64,000 bases of DNA from Promethearchaeota archaeon (GTDB lineage: Archaea; Asgardarchaeota; Lokiarchaeia; Sigyniarchaeales; SOKP01), in contig JBHLNF010000001.1 of assembly GCA_048937405.1 (NCBI GenBank), positions 848,785 through 912,784 on the forward strand. The letters are read 5' to 3'. Positions within the stretch are counted from its first letter, which is position 1, and each line of letters begins with the position of its first letter. This document shows, in pieces, positions 39,703 through 50,680 of this stretch. The translations under genes were made by a program, and so were the position numbers. Below the pieces are notes generated by a model, which saw only the letters and a list, made by a program, of their open reading frames with translations, was not told where the DNA came from and ran no database searches.

Positions 39703-40033
39703 TATATCTAGAAAACTATAGTTTATTATTTAATTTTTATAAATTCTTATTTCTAACTAAGGAACTATAATTTTTTATCTTTTTCATCTTTCAAACAAAA
39801 ATAATATAAAATCTATAGTTACAAAATTCCCAATAGATTTATTCACAATAAATAAGCTAAAAAAGAGGATTTTGAGAATAAAATTGTGAATTTGCTAAAA
39901 AGAACATTAAAACTTGCTCTTAATTAGATTTTCTGTCAATAATATGATAAGGATTTTGAAGATATAATGTTAAAATTTTAGATCAACAACGTTGGCATTA
40001 TATTTAAAAGGAAAAAATAAATGAGCTTATATT

Positions 40034-41899
40034 CTAAACATATTCAGATATCCACTCTACGTCTAATTCATCTAATTTAGCCTTTGTAGGTATCCCTTCA
40101 TCTGTCCAGCCCATCATCTTATAATACATCAAAATCGCATTCTTTAGTTTTTCTGGCTCAATAATTATTTCTGCAAGTGCTCCTGATGTATGAGGTTGGA
40201 AAAATCTCTCAGGTAGCCAATCATCATTTTTAGAAAACCCTTCTCTTATATTAAAAACCCTCGCCATTGTGGTAATTCTCTCTCCGACTTTCATTAATTC
40301 CCAAGATGAATTATACCAACCAGTTACAGCTCTAACAATCTCTGGTATATCAAGATAATCCCAAGGCAAAAAATAACAAATTAATAAGGCATTAAATACA
40401 TTTCTCCAATTCGAGTAATATACAAGAAGACGAATTTTTTTTGCACTCAAGTCATTTAGCTCCATTGGCTCTAATATCCCTATCGTATTATGAAGTGCTA
40501 TAGCTCTATCAGTGGTGAAAGAATTATCATGCATATTTGTCATATGTTCAGCTCCAGTCGGTGAAATTGTGTATCCAACTCCTAATCCCTGTTTATATCG
40601 AGGCTCATGCATGGGAATTTCTTGCCCCTTAACATGCATAGCAAAATTTTCAGCACCATTTTTTATTATCTCTGCTGCTTTTTTGACACCTTCAGCTAGA
40701 ATATTTCCTAAACCTTTACGTTTAGCAATCATTTCAACCAATTGAATCATTGCTTCAGCATCTCCAAAATCCAATTTTATTCCATTTATATCTTTATCAG
40801 TCAGAATTCCATTCTCATAACACTCCATTGCAAATCCTATAGAAACACCTGTAGAGATAGTATCTAATGAATATTTATTACAGAGTTCATTTGCTTTACA
40901 AACTGCCTTTAAATCATCTATTCCGCAATTAGAACCAAACGCAGCTATTGATTCATATTCAGGACCCCCATAAAGTGGATCCACCTCCCAAGGCTCTTTA
41001 ATATATACATTTTTTTTACATCGTAGAGAACAAGCATAGCACGCATCCATAGTAAGATTAATTTCTTCTTTCATAATTCCAGGATCTAAAGTTTTTGCTC
41101 CTGAAAAATTACCATCTCGAAAATTTCTTGTGGGAAGATTACCTGTATTTGCAAACATTTCCATTATCCCTCCTCCTGTACCATGCTCAAAATAACGAGC
41201 ACTAGTTTTATACCCTACATCATGATATTCTTTAATTTTAGCTCTCAGTTTCTTTTTATCACTTACTTCAAGTCTATTATGTCCTCTAACAGCTATTGCT
41301 TTTAAGTTCTTAGAACCCATTACCGCACCCATACCACCTCGACCAGCAGCATTTCTTAAATCATTTATAACACATGCATAACGGACTAATCGTTCTCCTC
41401 CAGGTCCGATTTGCGCAACACGGATCAGATTATCCCCTAATTCTTTTTGAATATTTTTTTGTGCTTCTCCAGTTGTCATGCCCCAAAGATAAGTTGCATC
41501 TCTTATTTCTACAACGCCATCATTTATCCATAAATAAACTGGATTTCTTGCTCTTCCTTCTACAATTATTGCATCAAATCCAGCATGCTTAAGCTCAGCT
41601 CCCCAATGACCACCAACTTCCGCTTCACCAAATCCTCCTGTTAGAGGAGATTTTGCTCCAACGCTATTTCTACCCGTGCCAGGTATTGCAAATCCAGTTA
41701 AAGGACCAGTAGCGAAGATAAGTTTATTTTCTGGAGATAAAGGGTCAATATCTACTTTTAGTTCCTTCAGAAGGTAATATGCTACAAATCCTTCCCCTCC
41801 AATATATCTTCGACAGAAAATTTCATCAAGATTTTCGGTAGAAGTTTCTTCTTTTGTTAGATTTACCCTTAAAAGCTTTCTAGCATATCCATTTACCAT
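40034..41899 (-). CDS. aor: Tungsten-dependent aldehyde:ferredoxin oxidoreductase family
   Basis: KSPLTG, GRGGMGAVMGSKNLKA, CYAC..RC, PEYE, DTIS. Confidence 0.93.
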   Translation of the reverse strand: MVNGYARKLLRVNLTKEETSTENLDEIFCRRYIGGEGFVAYYLLKELKVDIDPLSPENKLIFATGPLTGFAIPGTGRNSVGAKSPLTGGFGEAEVGGHWGAELKHAGFDAIIVEGRARNPVYLWINDGVVEIRDATYLWGMTTGEAQKNIQKELGDNLIRVAQIGPGGERLVRYACVINDLRNAAGRGGMGAVMGSKNLKAIAVRGHNRLEVSDKKKLRAKIKEYHDVGYKTSARYFEHGTGGGIMEMFANTGNLPTRNFRDGNFSGAKTLDPGIMKEEINLTMDACYACSLRCKKNVYIKEPWEVDPLYGGPEYESIAAFGSNCGIDDLKAVCKANELCNKYSLDTISTGVSIGFAMECYENGILTDKDINGIKLDFGDAEAMIQLVEMIAKRKGLGNILAEGVKKAAEIIKNGAENFAMHVKGQEIPMHEPRYKQGLGVGYTISPTGAEHMTNMHDNSFTTDRAIALHNTIGILEPMELNDLSAKKIRLLVYYSNWRNVFNALLICYFLPWDYLDIPEIVRAVTGWYNSSWELMKVGERITTMARVFNIREGFSKNDDWLPERFFQPHTSGALAEIIIEPEKLKNAILMYYKMMGWTDEGIPTKAKLDELDVEWISEYV

Positions 41900-42261
41900 A
41901 TGAAACCCATTTGTCAGGTTTAATTTTTTATAGTTGGTTAAATTTCGACTTATTTATAACTCTTGTTTCAATGAAGTCTAGATGTTAAAATAATTGTCTA
42001 GAATTATAATTAATAATGAAATTTGCTAATTTATAGTTTGAAACATTGTATTTTTTCTGAAGTATAAAATGATTTCAAACTACTGAAAATACTTTGCTAT
42101 TTAAAGCATTGATAATATTTCAATACAATAGTTATTAATAATTGATAATTTCGCTGAAATATAGTAAAAAATATAAATTCAACAACATTTACAATTAACA
42201 TCTAATAAAAATTTTCATGCAAAATTAAATAAAATATAGTTAATAATTAATGTGATTTAAA

Positions 42262-43560
42262 ATGAGTTCTAAAACAAAGGACCATTTAAACTTGGTAATT
42301 ATTGGACACATTGATCACGGGAAATCTACAATGATGGGAGCAATGCTCATTGAAACAGGAGCGGTAACTGATAGAGAAGCTCGTGAGTTGGAAAAACTCG
42401 CAAAGGAATATGACAGAGATTCCTGGTCATACGCTTTTGTTTTTGATAGACTAAAGGAGGAAAGACAAAGAGGGATAACTATCGATCTTGCCTTCCGCAA
42501 ATTTGAAACTAAAACAAAATATTTTACAATTATCGACGCACCAGGTCACGCTGATTTCGTTAAAAACATGATCACAGGTGCTTCGCAAGCTGATGCAGCT
42601 ATCTTAGTCGTTTCTGGAAAGAAAGGTGAAATGGAAGTTGGAATCGCTGCTAATGGGCAAACTCGAGAACATGCATACTTAGCTCAAACCTTAGGAATAA
42701 AACAACTTGTAGTAGCGGTTAATAAAGCTGATGTTTATGAATATTCACAAGATCGATTTAACGAATGTAAAGAATCTGTTGGTGATCTTCTTAAAAGTAT
42801 TGGATTTAAAGATGTTAAATTTATTCCAACTAGTGGAATGGCAATGGAGAATTTATCAAAGAAAAGCGATAAATTGTCTTGGTATGACGGACCAACATTA
42901 ATAGATGCAATTGATCAATTTACTCTTCCTGAGAAACCAACTGGCAAACCTTTAAGACTTCCAATTCAAGATGCTTATAGGATTAAAGGAACTGGAGTAG
43001 TGCCTGTTGGTCGGGTAGAAACAGGAATCTTAAAGAAAGGAGATAAAATAATTATCATGCCAACTGGATTTCAAGGAGAAATTCGATCTATTGAAATGCA
43101 TCATGAAGAAATTCCACAAGCAATTCCTGGTGACAACGTAGGTTTCAGTATTAGGGGTATTACTTTAGCAGATGCAAGTCGCGGCGATTGTTTAGGTCAC
43201 CCGTCTAATGTACCAACAGTGATTACTCCTAATGGAAAGTGGACAGGACAGATCATTGTTATTTGGCATCCTACAGCACTAGCTCAAGGTTATACTCCAG
43301 TAATTCACGCACATACAGCACAAGTAGCTGCAAAATTCTCTAGCTTAGTTAAAAAATTAGATCAGAAGACTGGTGCTGTTATTGAAGATTCGCCAAAATT
43401 TCTTAAGAAAAATGAATCCGCTATTGTAGAGTTAACTCCGATTAAGAAAATGTGTCTTGAAAAATATGAAGATATTCCCGAAATGGGTCGATTTGCTGTA
43501 CGAGATATGGGAAGAACTGTAGCAGTGGGTATAGTTAAAGATATCGACACTGGCGCATAA
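42262..43560 (+). CDS. tuf: Elongation factor 1-alpha
   Basis: GHIDHGKST, RGITID, DAPGH, NKAD, GRFAVRDM. Confidence 0.97.
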   Translation: MSSKTKDHLNLVIIGHIDHGKSTMMGAMLIETGAVTDREARELEKLAKEYDRDSWSYAFVFDRLKEERQRGITIDLAFRKFETKTKYFTIIDAPGHADFVKNMITGASQADAAILVVSGKKGEMEVGIAANGQTREHAYLAQTLGIKQLVVAVNKADVYEYSQDRFNECKESVGDLLKSIGFKDVKFIPTSGMAMENLSKKSDKLSWYDGPTLIDAIDQFTLPEKPTGKPLRLPIQDAYRIKGTGVVPVGRVETGILKKGDKIIIMPTGFQGEIRSIEMHHEEIPQAIPGDNVGFSIRGITLADASRGDCLGHPSNVPTVITPNGKWTGQIIVIWHPTALAQGYTPVIHAHTAQVAAKFSSLVKKLDQKTGAVIEDSPKFLKKNESAIVELTPIKKMCLEKYEDIPEMGRFAVRDMGRTVAVGIVKDIDTGA

Positions 43561-43814
43561 TTAATTCTATTCTTGAAATTTTTTCTTATATTCTTATTTT
43601 TAATCGATAATTTTTTTAAAAAAATTCAACTATTTTACAGCTTTATTATTTCTGTAAATAAAGGGAATTTATAATCTTTATATATAGTTAAAATTTGACC
43701 AATCTCAGAATTTTATTAGAATACACCCATGACACAAGAATATTATTTTGATTTTTGTAGCATACTTTGCCTTTTCTACTTAACAAGGTTTTACTCAGAA
43801 AAGGTTGATTTAAA

Positions 43815-44288
43815 GTTCATACAACAAAACAAAAAATTTGTGTATTAGGATTAAGTAGTGTTGGAAAATCATCATTAGTATCTTTACTTCAAGGTAGAGA
43901 AATTCCGAAGCAAAGAAATCCTACTGTAGGATTGGACATTGAAAATTCTGTACTCAATGGAAAAAAAGTAAATATTTGGGACTTCGGTGGTCAAGAACGT
44001 TATCATTTTATGTGGCAGGATTTTTTAAAAGGAGCTGGTTTGACTGTTTTGGTATGTGATTCGACAGAAGATAATATTGAAAAGACAAAAGATATATTTA
44101 ATAAGTTCTCAAGATATATGACCTCTAAAATTATTGCTATTGCAAATAAACAGGATCTCCCTGGTGCATTAAAAGCAAAGAAAGTACAGAAAAAGTTAGG
44201 TTTACCAACATATGGTATGTCTGCCATTAGATTGGATTTGCGTAAGAGAATGAGGGAAATTTTAGAGTATGAAATTCAAAAAGATTAA
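43815..44288 (+). CDS. Arf/Ras-like small GTPase (start uncertain)
   Basis: In-frame P-loop GLSSVGKSS lies upstream of the track's TTG; PTVG, WDFGGQ, NKQD, SAI. Confidence 0.8.
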   Translation, partial: VHTTKQKICVLGLSSVGKSSLVSLLQGREIPKQRNPTVGLDIENSVLNGKKVNIWDFGGQERYHFMWQDFLKGAGLTVLVCDSTEDNIEKTKDIFNKFSRYMTSKIIAIANKQDLPGALKAKKVQKKLGLPTYGMSAIRLDLRKRMREILEYEIQKD

Positions 44289-44304
44289 ACAAAAATATAA
44301 ATTA

Positions 44305-44865
44305 CTAAAAAATTCTACCAATTAAATGGGCCATTCTTACAGATTCTGGTAATTTGGAATCAATACATAATTTTTTCAAAAGAGATTCAGCGCTTTGAAT
44401 AGTAATACCTTTACAATGAAAAAATATCTTTGATAAACCTCCAGCAGTATTTATTTCTGTTTCGTATAAATTTCCTGCTTCTATTATATATCTTAATTTA
44501 CTTTTATATGTATCAGGGAATTTACTTCTGAGTGCTTTATTAACTGAATCAAGATCTACATCTCGTTCTGTTATGGCAATAATAGGTTTTTTTGTTTTAC
44601 TATAAATTTCAGTTAAATCTATAAGATTGAAACCTCCAAAAGTTATTGTATGAGTTAAAATATATTGCACATGTTTTTCATTGTCCCTAATTAGATTTAT
44701 TATTTTTTCAGTCGCATCGTCTCCGTCTATTGTAATATCATCTCTTACTACTCTTATCATCCTTGTTCCTTGGCAGATCACTCCAATTAATTGAGTCGCT
44801 TTAACACTATTTTTCAAATCAAATGTTGCATCATCAAATCCGATTGATATTGGATGATCTTTCAT
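44305..44865 (-). CDS. DUF99 / endonuclease V-like (endonuclease dU) protein
   Basis: IGFDDA, IDGDDAT, ITFGGFN, KLPESVRMAH. Confidence 0.85.
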   Translation of the reverse strand: MKDHPISIGFDDATFDLKNSVKATQLIGVICQGTRMIRVVRDDITIDGDDATEKIINLIRDNEKHVQYILTHTITFGGFNLIDLTEIYSKTKKPIIAITERDVDLDSVNKALRSKFPDTYKSKLRYIIEAGNLYETEINTAGGLSKIFFHCKGITIQSAESLLKKLCIDSKLPESVRMAHLIGRIF

Positions 44866-44869
44866 ATTA

Positions 44870-45322
44870 TTATAATTCAGGTAAAAATTTTTTAGTATAA
44901 TTTAAAAGATTTGTAAAAGCGATTGTTGCTTTTTCAATTTCTTCATTTCTCTCATAAAGATCCCCTGAAAGATTATCTACTAAAAATTCTATAATTTCTT
45001 TTAGAGACATTTTATTACTAAGCCATACATAAGCTATTAATGATTCTACTGTATCAGCAAGATCATGAGTATTAGCTCTAGTTTTTGTAAAACTCTTCAT
45101 TCTAGCATTTTTTAACGCGTTTCCTAATATTACTTTACCGACTTTTTTTCCAGTCCTAATAATATTATTATTTGGATTGTTTTTTGTGAGAAAAATAGAT
45201 TTAGCTACTGAATAAGCTATGTTTACGATTCCATCACCGATTTTAGCCAAACCCTTATCAGTTCCAATAATCTTTTGTGATTTGTTTAGATTTAAATCAG
45301 AAATTAAAAACTCGTAATCCAT
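44870..45322 (-). CDS. Archaeal ribonuclease III-like protein
   Basis: DKGLAKIGD.IVN..YS, TGKKV...L..AL, DLADTVESLIAY. Confidence 0.75.
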   Translation of the reverse strand: MDYEFLISDLNLNKSQKIIGTDKGLAKIGDGIVNIAYSVAKSIFLTKNNPNNNIIRTGKKVGKVILGNALKNARMKSFTKTRANTHDLADTVESLIAYVWLSNKMSLKEIIEFLVDNLSGDLYERNEEIEKATIAFTNLLNYTKKFLPEL

Positions 45323-45379
45323 TAAGATAAGTTGAATTAGGACTTCTTATAAATTTTTCATAAAAGAAAGAATATAGAT

Positions 45380-45877
45380 CTAAGTAATTTTTTTAAACAA
45401 TTTTTGTACTTCAATAACTTCACTTCTTAGTGACTCAATTCCTTTATGTAATATGTCTTTAATTTGATAATCTTTAGAATTTTCGAGACGGATAAAAATT
45501 TTTGGCAATTCTACATTATTTACTTTATAAGCAGCAATATTAACACCCTCAATTTCCAATAAATGTTTTACAAGAATATTGCAAAATCCATGTGATTGTC
45601 CTTCAACTGATACTTCATAATCATTTTTTCCTAATCCTCTATTTATTGTTACATTGAGATACTTATAATCAGGAAATCTTGCTTCTTCTTCAATCTCAAA
45701 TTCTTCTTCCTCTTCTATTGGTTCTTCGAATGATTCGGGTTCTGGTTCACGTTCCTTTTTTTTTTCTACTTCCGGGAATACTTCCTCGATTTCTTCCTCT
45801 TCTAATAATTCTTCCATTAGTCCATCGATATCATTATCTTCTGTATCTTCTGGTTTAACTGCTTTTTTTTTAGCCAT
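45380..45877 (-). CDS. rpoL: RNA polymerase subunit L (Rpo11) with acidic N-terminal extension
   Basis: EGQSHGFCNIL...GV..AAYK resembles GE.HT..NLL..V.FAAY; located in the csl4 cluster. Confidence 0.8.
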   Translation of the reverse strand: MAKKKAVKPEDTEDNDIDGLMEELLEEEEIEEVFPEVEKKKEREPEPESFEEPIEEEEEFEIEEEARFPDYKYLNVTINRGLGKNDYEVSVEGQSHGFCNILVKHLLEIEGVNIAAYKVNNVELPKIFIRLENSKDYQIKDILHKGIESLRSEVIEVQKLFKKIT

Positions 45878-45972
45878 TCTTTTTACTCCTAATGATTAGG
45901 ATTTGATAATCCTAATAAAAAATATGCAAAATTAAATAAATTTTTTTTGGTTTTCTTGAAAAATCATATATT

Positions 45973-46191
45973 TTAGAAATAACGATTTGCTAGATCTTTT
46001 AACCTTTCAGTTGCTAAATGTTGGAGATCTCTAGAACCAAAGAGGGTGATTTTTATAGTTTTCCCTTCAACGGAAACATTTAGATTAAGGTAATTTATTT
46101 TTTTTTGGACATCTTCAAGAAATTTAATCACGTTTTCCAAAATTCCGCTGTTATTATAGAAATGAATAATTTTTTTTCCAGTCTTTTTCAA
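45973..46191 (-). CDS. Small hypothetical protein, possibly a short DUF2067-like
   Basis: Sits between csl4 and rpoL; beta-alpha-beta-beta-alpha pattern. Confidence 0.45.
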   Translation of the reverse strand: MKKTGKKIIHFYNNSGILENVIKFLEDVQKKINYLNLNVSVEGKTIKITLFGSRDLQHLATERLKDLANRYF

Positions 46192-46228
46192 TAATAAACA
46201 CTTAATTTGTTCTGAATGAAAATGATAA

Positions 46229-46828
46229 TTAAAATCTTAAATTATTAGACACATTTCCATAATCAATAGCTAGTTTTCTGGATTCTTGGTTTCCACATCG
46301 GTCACACTGTAATTTATTATATCCAATTTTTATTAGAGGAAGTCCACAGATGACGCAATCAGCATAAATAACTCCAAGATCTTTTCCCACTGTGCTTAAT
46401 TTATATTCATTATAATTTTGTTCTACTACACGAGCACGTACAATATCAGTTATTTGAAAAGCATCACGAATTTTTTCTACATATTTATCTGAAATTTGTG
46501 ACACATGAATATTACCAAAATAACTGGAATTAAAATGAATTTTTTTGTTTATTGTATAAAAACTAATTCCAACTGAATACTGACGCAAAAAAAGGATTAC
46601 ACCAATAATAATATCCCCAATCTTCACAACTTTACGATCTTTTTCTTGATGGGTACTTATTTCAATTTTCCTTTCTTCATTATTAAAATTAATTAATCCT
46701 GCTTTACTGGCAAATATTTTTCCATCTTTAGTAAAAGTGCATTGTTTATCTGGAAGAAATTCTTCTACAACACCAAGAAATTCACCAGTTAAGACAATAT
46801 CATTATCTTTAAAAGATTTCTTACTCAT
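46229..46828 (-). CDS. csl4: Exosome RNA-binding subunit Csl4
   Basis: GEFLG..EEF, S1 IHVSQI, DIVRARV, LGVIYA.C..CG...C..CG..E.RK. Confidence 0.92.
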   Translation of the reverse strand: MSKKSFKDNDIVLTGEFLGVVEEFLPDKQCTFTKDGKIFASKAGLINFNNEERKIEISTHQEKDRKVVKIGDIIIGVILFLRQYSVGISFYTINKKIHFNSSYFGNIHVSQISDKYVEKIRDAFQITDIVRARVVEQNYNEYKLSTVGKDLGVIYADCVICGLPLIKIGYNKLQCDRCGNQESRKLAIDYGNVSNNLRF

Positions 46829-46942
46829 TAGTATCAACAATAGTTATTTTATTTCTCAAAATCTTTCTATTTTAAGTAAATATTATTAAATAAAATAAAT
46901 AAATTTAATGTATTAATTTAAAAAGAGTAAACATTTTTTTGG

Positions 46943-47587
46943 ATGAGAATTAGCAAAAGAGAATTAATCTCTATTATACAAAACACCGAATCATTCATTA
47001 ATCCGAAAATTCAATTAGAACAATATTGTATTGATGCAAATTGCGCTGTAGATATACTATATTATGCTGGTTTTGAAAATAATGATATCAGAGACGCTTT
47101 AGTTGTTGATTTAGGTGCTGGAACAGGAAGATTATCCATCGCTAGTGCTTTTCTAAATGCCCAATATATAATAAGCGTTGATATTGATATAGAAGCTCTA
47201 AATATTTTAAAAAAGAATATTTATAATCTAGAATTGAGCCAAATTATTTTCCCTATTTGCGCAGATATTGATTTCTTTCGTATTTCACATAGAAATCTAT
47301 CAAAAAAAAAACAAATAACCACAATTATGAATCCTCCATTTGGAGTACAGACTAGGTTCGCAGATAGAACTTTTTTGAAAAAAGCATTTGAATTTTCCGA
47401 TATTGTTTATTCTATCCATTTAGCAAATGAAAAAGTAAAAAAATTCATTTCAACTTATATTAACAATCTTAACTGGAAAATAGATAATATACTTCCTTTT
47501 ACAATGATTTTAGAAAAAAAATTTCCATTTCATACTCAAAAAACAAAGAAAATTAAAGTAAATATATATAGATTTTTAAAAAAATAG
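46943..47587 (+). CDS. METTL5-family N6-adenine RNA methyltransferase
   Basis: PKIQLEQY, DLGAGTG, MNPPFG, YSIH, FHTQK. Confidence 0.9.
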   Translation: MRISKRELISIIQNTESFINPKIQLEQYCIDANCAVDILYYAGFENNDIRDALVVDLGAGTGRLSIASAFLNAQYIISVDIDIEALNILKKNIYNLELSQIIFPICADIDFFRISHRNLSKKKQITTIMNPPFGVQTRFADRTFLKKAFEFSDIVYSIHLANEKVKKFISTYINNLNWKIDNILPFTMILEKKFPFHTQKTKKIKVNIYRFLKK

Positions 47588-47628
47588 TAAAAAAAATATA
47601 AATAAATTACTCAATTTCAACTGAATTG

Positions 47629-48606
47629 TTAGACTCCATCCCAACCTACCAAACGAGCTAACATCCACCAGAACGCTATACCTTTATGCATACAATTTTC
47701 AAGAGAGGTGTGCGCAGCTTCACTGACATTACTGTATTCCCAGTGTCTCTTGGGAACAGTTATTGTCTCATTTCCATTATCATACTGATATGTACTATGG
47801 TCGTAAGGATTTCCATTAGAATCATATAACCAACATTCAATATCAGCAAAATCAAATAAGGTTTTATTATTTTCGATACAATATTGACGAATCAATTGAT
47901 TGTTAATATATCTGTTGTATCCTGCTGCTGGATCTCTTTCTCCCTCATATCCCTCAGCAGTAGGGCCCTCGGGGTAATCTCCTTCGTCACAATTTCCAGT
48001 CATATATACAAAAGTAATATTTCTCCCCTGATTGAGATAATGTTGTTCAAAAGCATTCATTTGGTCTAAATATGTTTGAATATTTTCAATCGGGTAATCA
48101 GTTACTTGACAGCACCAACACCACATTGAAATAACTATTGAAGGATTATGATCAATCACATCATAAGTATCATCAATTCCAGAAGAGGATTCCCAGTATA
48201 ATTGTGGAGTAATGTATGACTCGGATTCTTGACCATCAAAAATACACAATGATCCTTCTTCTGATGGAAGTGAACTATAACCTATTTCTACACTATAGTT
48301 TGAATAAGTATTCATTATTTCGAGCAAACCCCTAGTAATCTGCCCTCCATGTGAAGTGTGGGCATAGTGTACTTTCATTGTATTTTTTACAGTGTTTATC
48401 GATTCCAATGGGATTTGATTTAATTTTACACAATTATGATCGATAATTAAAGAACTCGTTGATGGCGTTATTGGATTTATTGGATCTATTGGATTTGTTG
48501 GATCATTGGAGTCCTTTTTGAATTTCTGATAAAAACCTATAACTAAACCCGTAGTAACTAAACTCCCTAGTATGATTACTCCAATGATAGTAGCTTTTGA
48601 TCTCAT
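47629..48606 (-). CDS. Membrane-anchored extracellular hypothetical protein (possibly SGNH-like)
   Basis: N-terminal TM, Pro-rich linker, [21 protein letters not shown]. Confidence 0.6.
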   Translation of the reverse strand: MRSKATIIGVIILGSLVTTGLVIGFYQKFKKDSNDPTNPIDPINPITPSTSSLIIDHNCVKLNQIPLESINTVKNTMKVHYAHTSHGGQITRGLLEIMNTYSNYSVEIGYSSLPSEEGSLCIFDGQESESYITPQLYWESSSGIDDTYDVIDHNPSIVISMWCWCCQVTDYPIENIQTYLDQMNAFEQHYLNQGRNITFVYMTGNCDEGDYPEGPTAEGYEGERDPAAGYNRYINNQLIRQYCIENNKTLFDFADIECWLYDSNGNPYDHSTYQYDNGNETITVPKRHWEYSNVSEAAHTSLENCMHKGIAFWWMLARLVGWDGV

Positions 48607-48775
48607 AATTTTTTTATCATTTTTTTAAGTAAATTTCAATATTATTATTCATAACGATATACATATATAAAATTAAATTTAGAACTTTACATTTGTGTCA
48701 GTATTTAGCTCAAAATCCTCCTAATTTCCATCTTTTTTTATGGAATATAAAAAGATAAAAAAATTAAATTAGATT

Positions 48776-50080
48776 TTAGATAAATTTTTTCCATGAATCT
48801 AAATTTTGGGGATATTTTGCATTTTCTCCCAGCAGTTCTTCAATCCTTAATAATTGATTGAATTTTGAAGTCCGATCTGACCTACAGGTCGCCCCAGTTT
48901 TCAATTGACCTGTACAGAGTCCAACTGCTAAATCAGCAATAAACGTGTCTTCGGTTTCTCCAGAACGATGTGATACCATAACATTAAATCCATTATTAAA
49001 AGACATTTTTGCAGCTTTTATAGCTTCAGTTAAAGAACCTATTTGATTCACTTTTAATAATAGAGCATTTCCTGCTTTCTCTTTTATCGCTTTCTCAAGA
49101 ATTTTAATATTAGTCACTGTTATATCATCATCAACAATTTGAATAGATTTATCAACTTTAGCGGATAAATTCGAAAAGTTTCTAAAGTCTTTTTCATCAA
49201 AAGGATCCTCAATAGATTTGAATGGATATTCACGGATTAGGTCCATATAATACTCCAATAATTCTTCTTCAGAAAGTTTTTTACCATCAATATTATAAAT
49301 ACCTTCTTCAAAAAATTCACTAGCGGCGGCATCCATTCCCAATACAAAATCAGTGCCTATTAAAAATCCCGCTGTTTCTATTGCTTCAATAATTATATCT
49401 ACTGCTTCAGATGTTAGAGTTAAATTTGGAGCAAATCCTCCTTCATCGCCCACATTAATTGCAGATGGGCCATACTTCTTAGCTAATAATTTTTTCAATG
49501 TTTGATAAACCTCAGAAACATTTTGTATTGCTTGAGAAAATGAATTAGCACCTACGGGTAAAACCATAAATTCTTGAATGGATAAGTTGTTTCCTGCATG
49601 TTCACCCCCATTTATGATGTTACAGCTAGGAATTGGCAACAAGTAATCATCCCTGGTTTTTCCATATGCTAATTCATACAGATGCTTAAACAATGGAACC
49701 TCAGATAATTGAGAAGCTAATTTAGCAACTGCTAATGAAACAGATAGAATTGCATTCGCACCTAAATTACTCTTATTTTCTGTTCCATCTATAGAGATCA
49801 TTTCTTCGTCGATTTTAGTTTGTTCTCTTACATCAAATCCTATTAATTTTTTAGCTAGAATTTCATTAACATTAGACACTGCTTTTAATACATGTTTTCC
49901 CATGAATGCTTTTCCACCATCTCGCAGTTCAAGAGCTTCCAACTCACCTGTTGATGCCCCTGAGGGAACAGCAGCTCTGGAATATTGTTTTCCAGCGAAC
50001 ACATCACATTCTACAGTAGGATTTCCTCGTGAATCTAAAATCCACCGAGCTTTAATTTTAGTAATTTTATAATCAGTCAT
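48776..50080 (-). CDS. eno: Enolase
   Basis: [37 protein letters not shown]. Confidence 0.98.
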   Translation of the reverse strand: MTDYKITKIKARWILDSRGNPTVECDVFAGKQYSRAAVPSGASTGELEALELRDGGKAFMGKHVLKAVSNVNEILAKKLIGFDVREQTKIDEEMISIDGTENKSNLGANAILSVSLAVAKLASQLSEVPLFKHLYELAYGKTRDDYLLPIPSCNIINGGEHAGNNLSIQEFMVLPVGANSFSQAIQNVSEVYQTLKKLLAKKYGPSAINVGDEGGFAPNLTLTSEAVDIIIEAIETAGFLIGTDFVLGMDAAASEFFEEGIYNIDGKKLSEEELLEYYMDLIREYPFKSIEDPFDEKDFRNFSNLSAKVDKSIQIVDDDITVTNIKILEKAIKEKAGNALLLKVNQIGSLTEAIKAAKMSFNNGFNVMVSHRSGETEDTFIADLAVGLCTGQLKTGATCRSDRTSKFNQLLRIEELLGENAKYPQNLDSWKKFI

Positions 50081-50224
50081 ACTAATCTTATTTTTACTAT
50101 TATTATGAATATTAATAAGGAATTAAGCAAATTTAATTCTTAAGATATATTATTTAAAAAAAAAAGACTCGAATATGTTTCAAAAACTGGTATAATAATA
50201 AGATTAATGTCAGATAAATCTAAA

Positions 50225-50593
50225 TTAAGATGAGTTTTCTTTGTATTTCTTCCTCTTTTCCATGAATTTTTTCTTAGGAAGCAACACGATATCTACCTTA
50301 AGACCCTTTAGAGAGAATTTAATAACATTGTTGCTACGTCCCTTTTGTACTTGGCTACCCTTGTAATGATTCCTTAATTTCGGGATAATGTCATCATAAA
50401 CTTTTTGCTTTTGATATGTTTCAGCTATCCAGAAATCCATGTCTAAATCGCTTTTATCCCTAAAAGTTCCTTCCCTGCGAGATCCTTCCTTTGCTACACC
50501 TCCCACTTTCCAACCAGATTTAGTTTTAAGCCAATCAGATATTGATATCCAAAGGTTTTTATACCTTTTGGCATAACTTTCTCGTTCACTCAT
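50225..50593 (-). CDS. Small Pol-beta-superfamily nucleotidyltransferase
   Basis: GSRREGT...SDLD plus third Asp in KVDIV. Confidence 0.75.
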   Translation of the reverse strand: MSERESYAKRYKNLWISISDWLKTKSGWKVGGVAKEGSRREGTFRDKSDLDMDFWIAETYQKQKVYDDIIPKLRNHYKGSQVQKGRSNNVIKFSLKGLKVDIVLLPKKKFMEKRKKYKENSS

Positions 50594-50680
50594 TAAATCA
50601 TATCTTGAATTCTAATTTCACAATTGGAGATCATTCATATCAATATTATTAAGCATTTAATTTTTTTGTAAGTTATATAG

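Noticed and set aside
43806-43808. Selenocysteine read-through of the TGA upstream of the GTPase
   Set aside because: Not a Cys-equivalent position and no SECIS-like hairpin recognised
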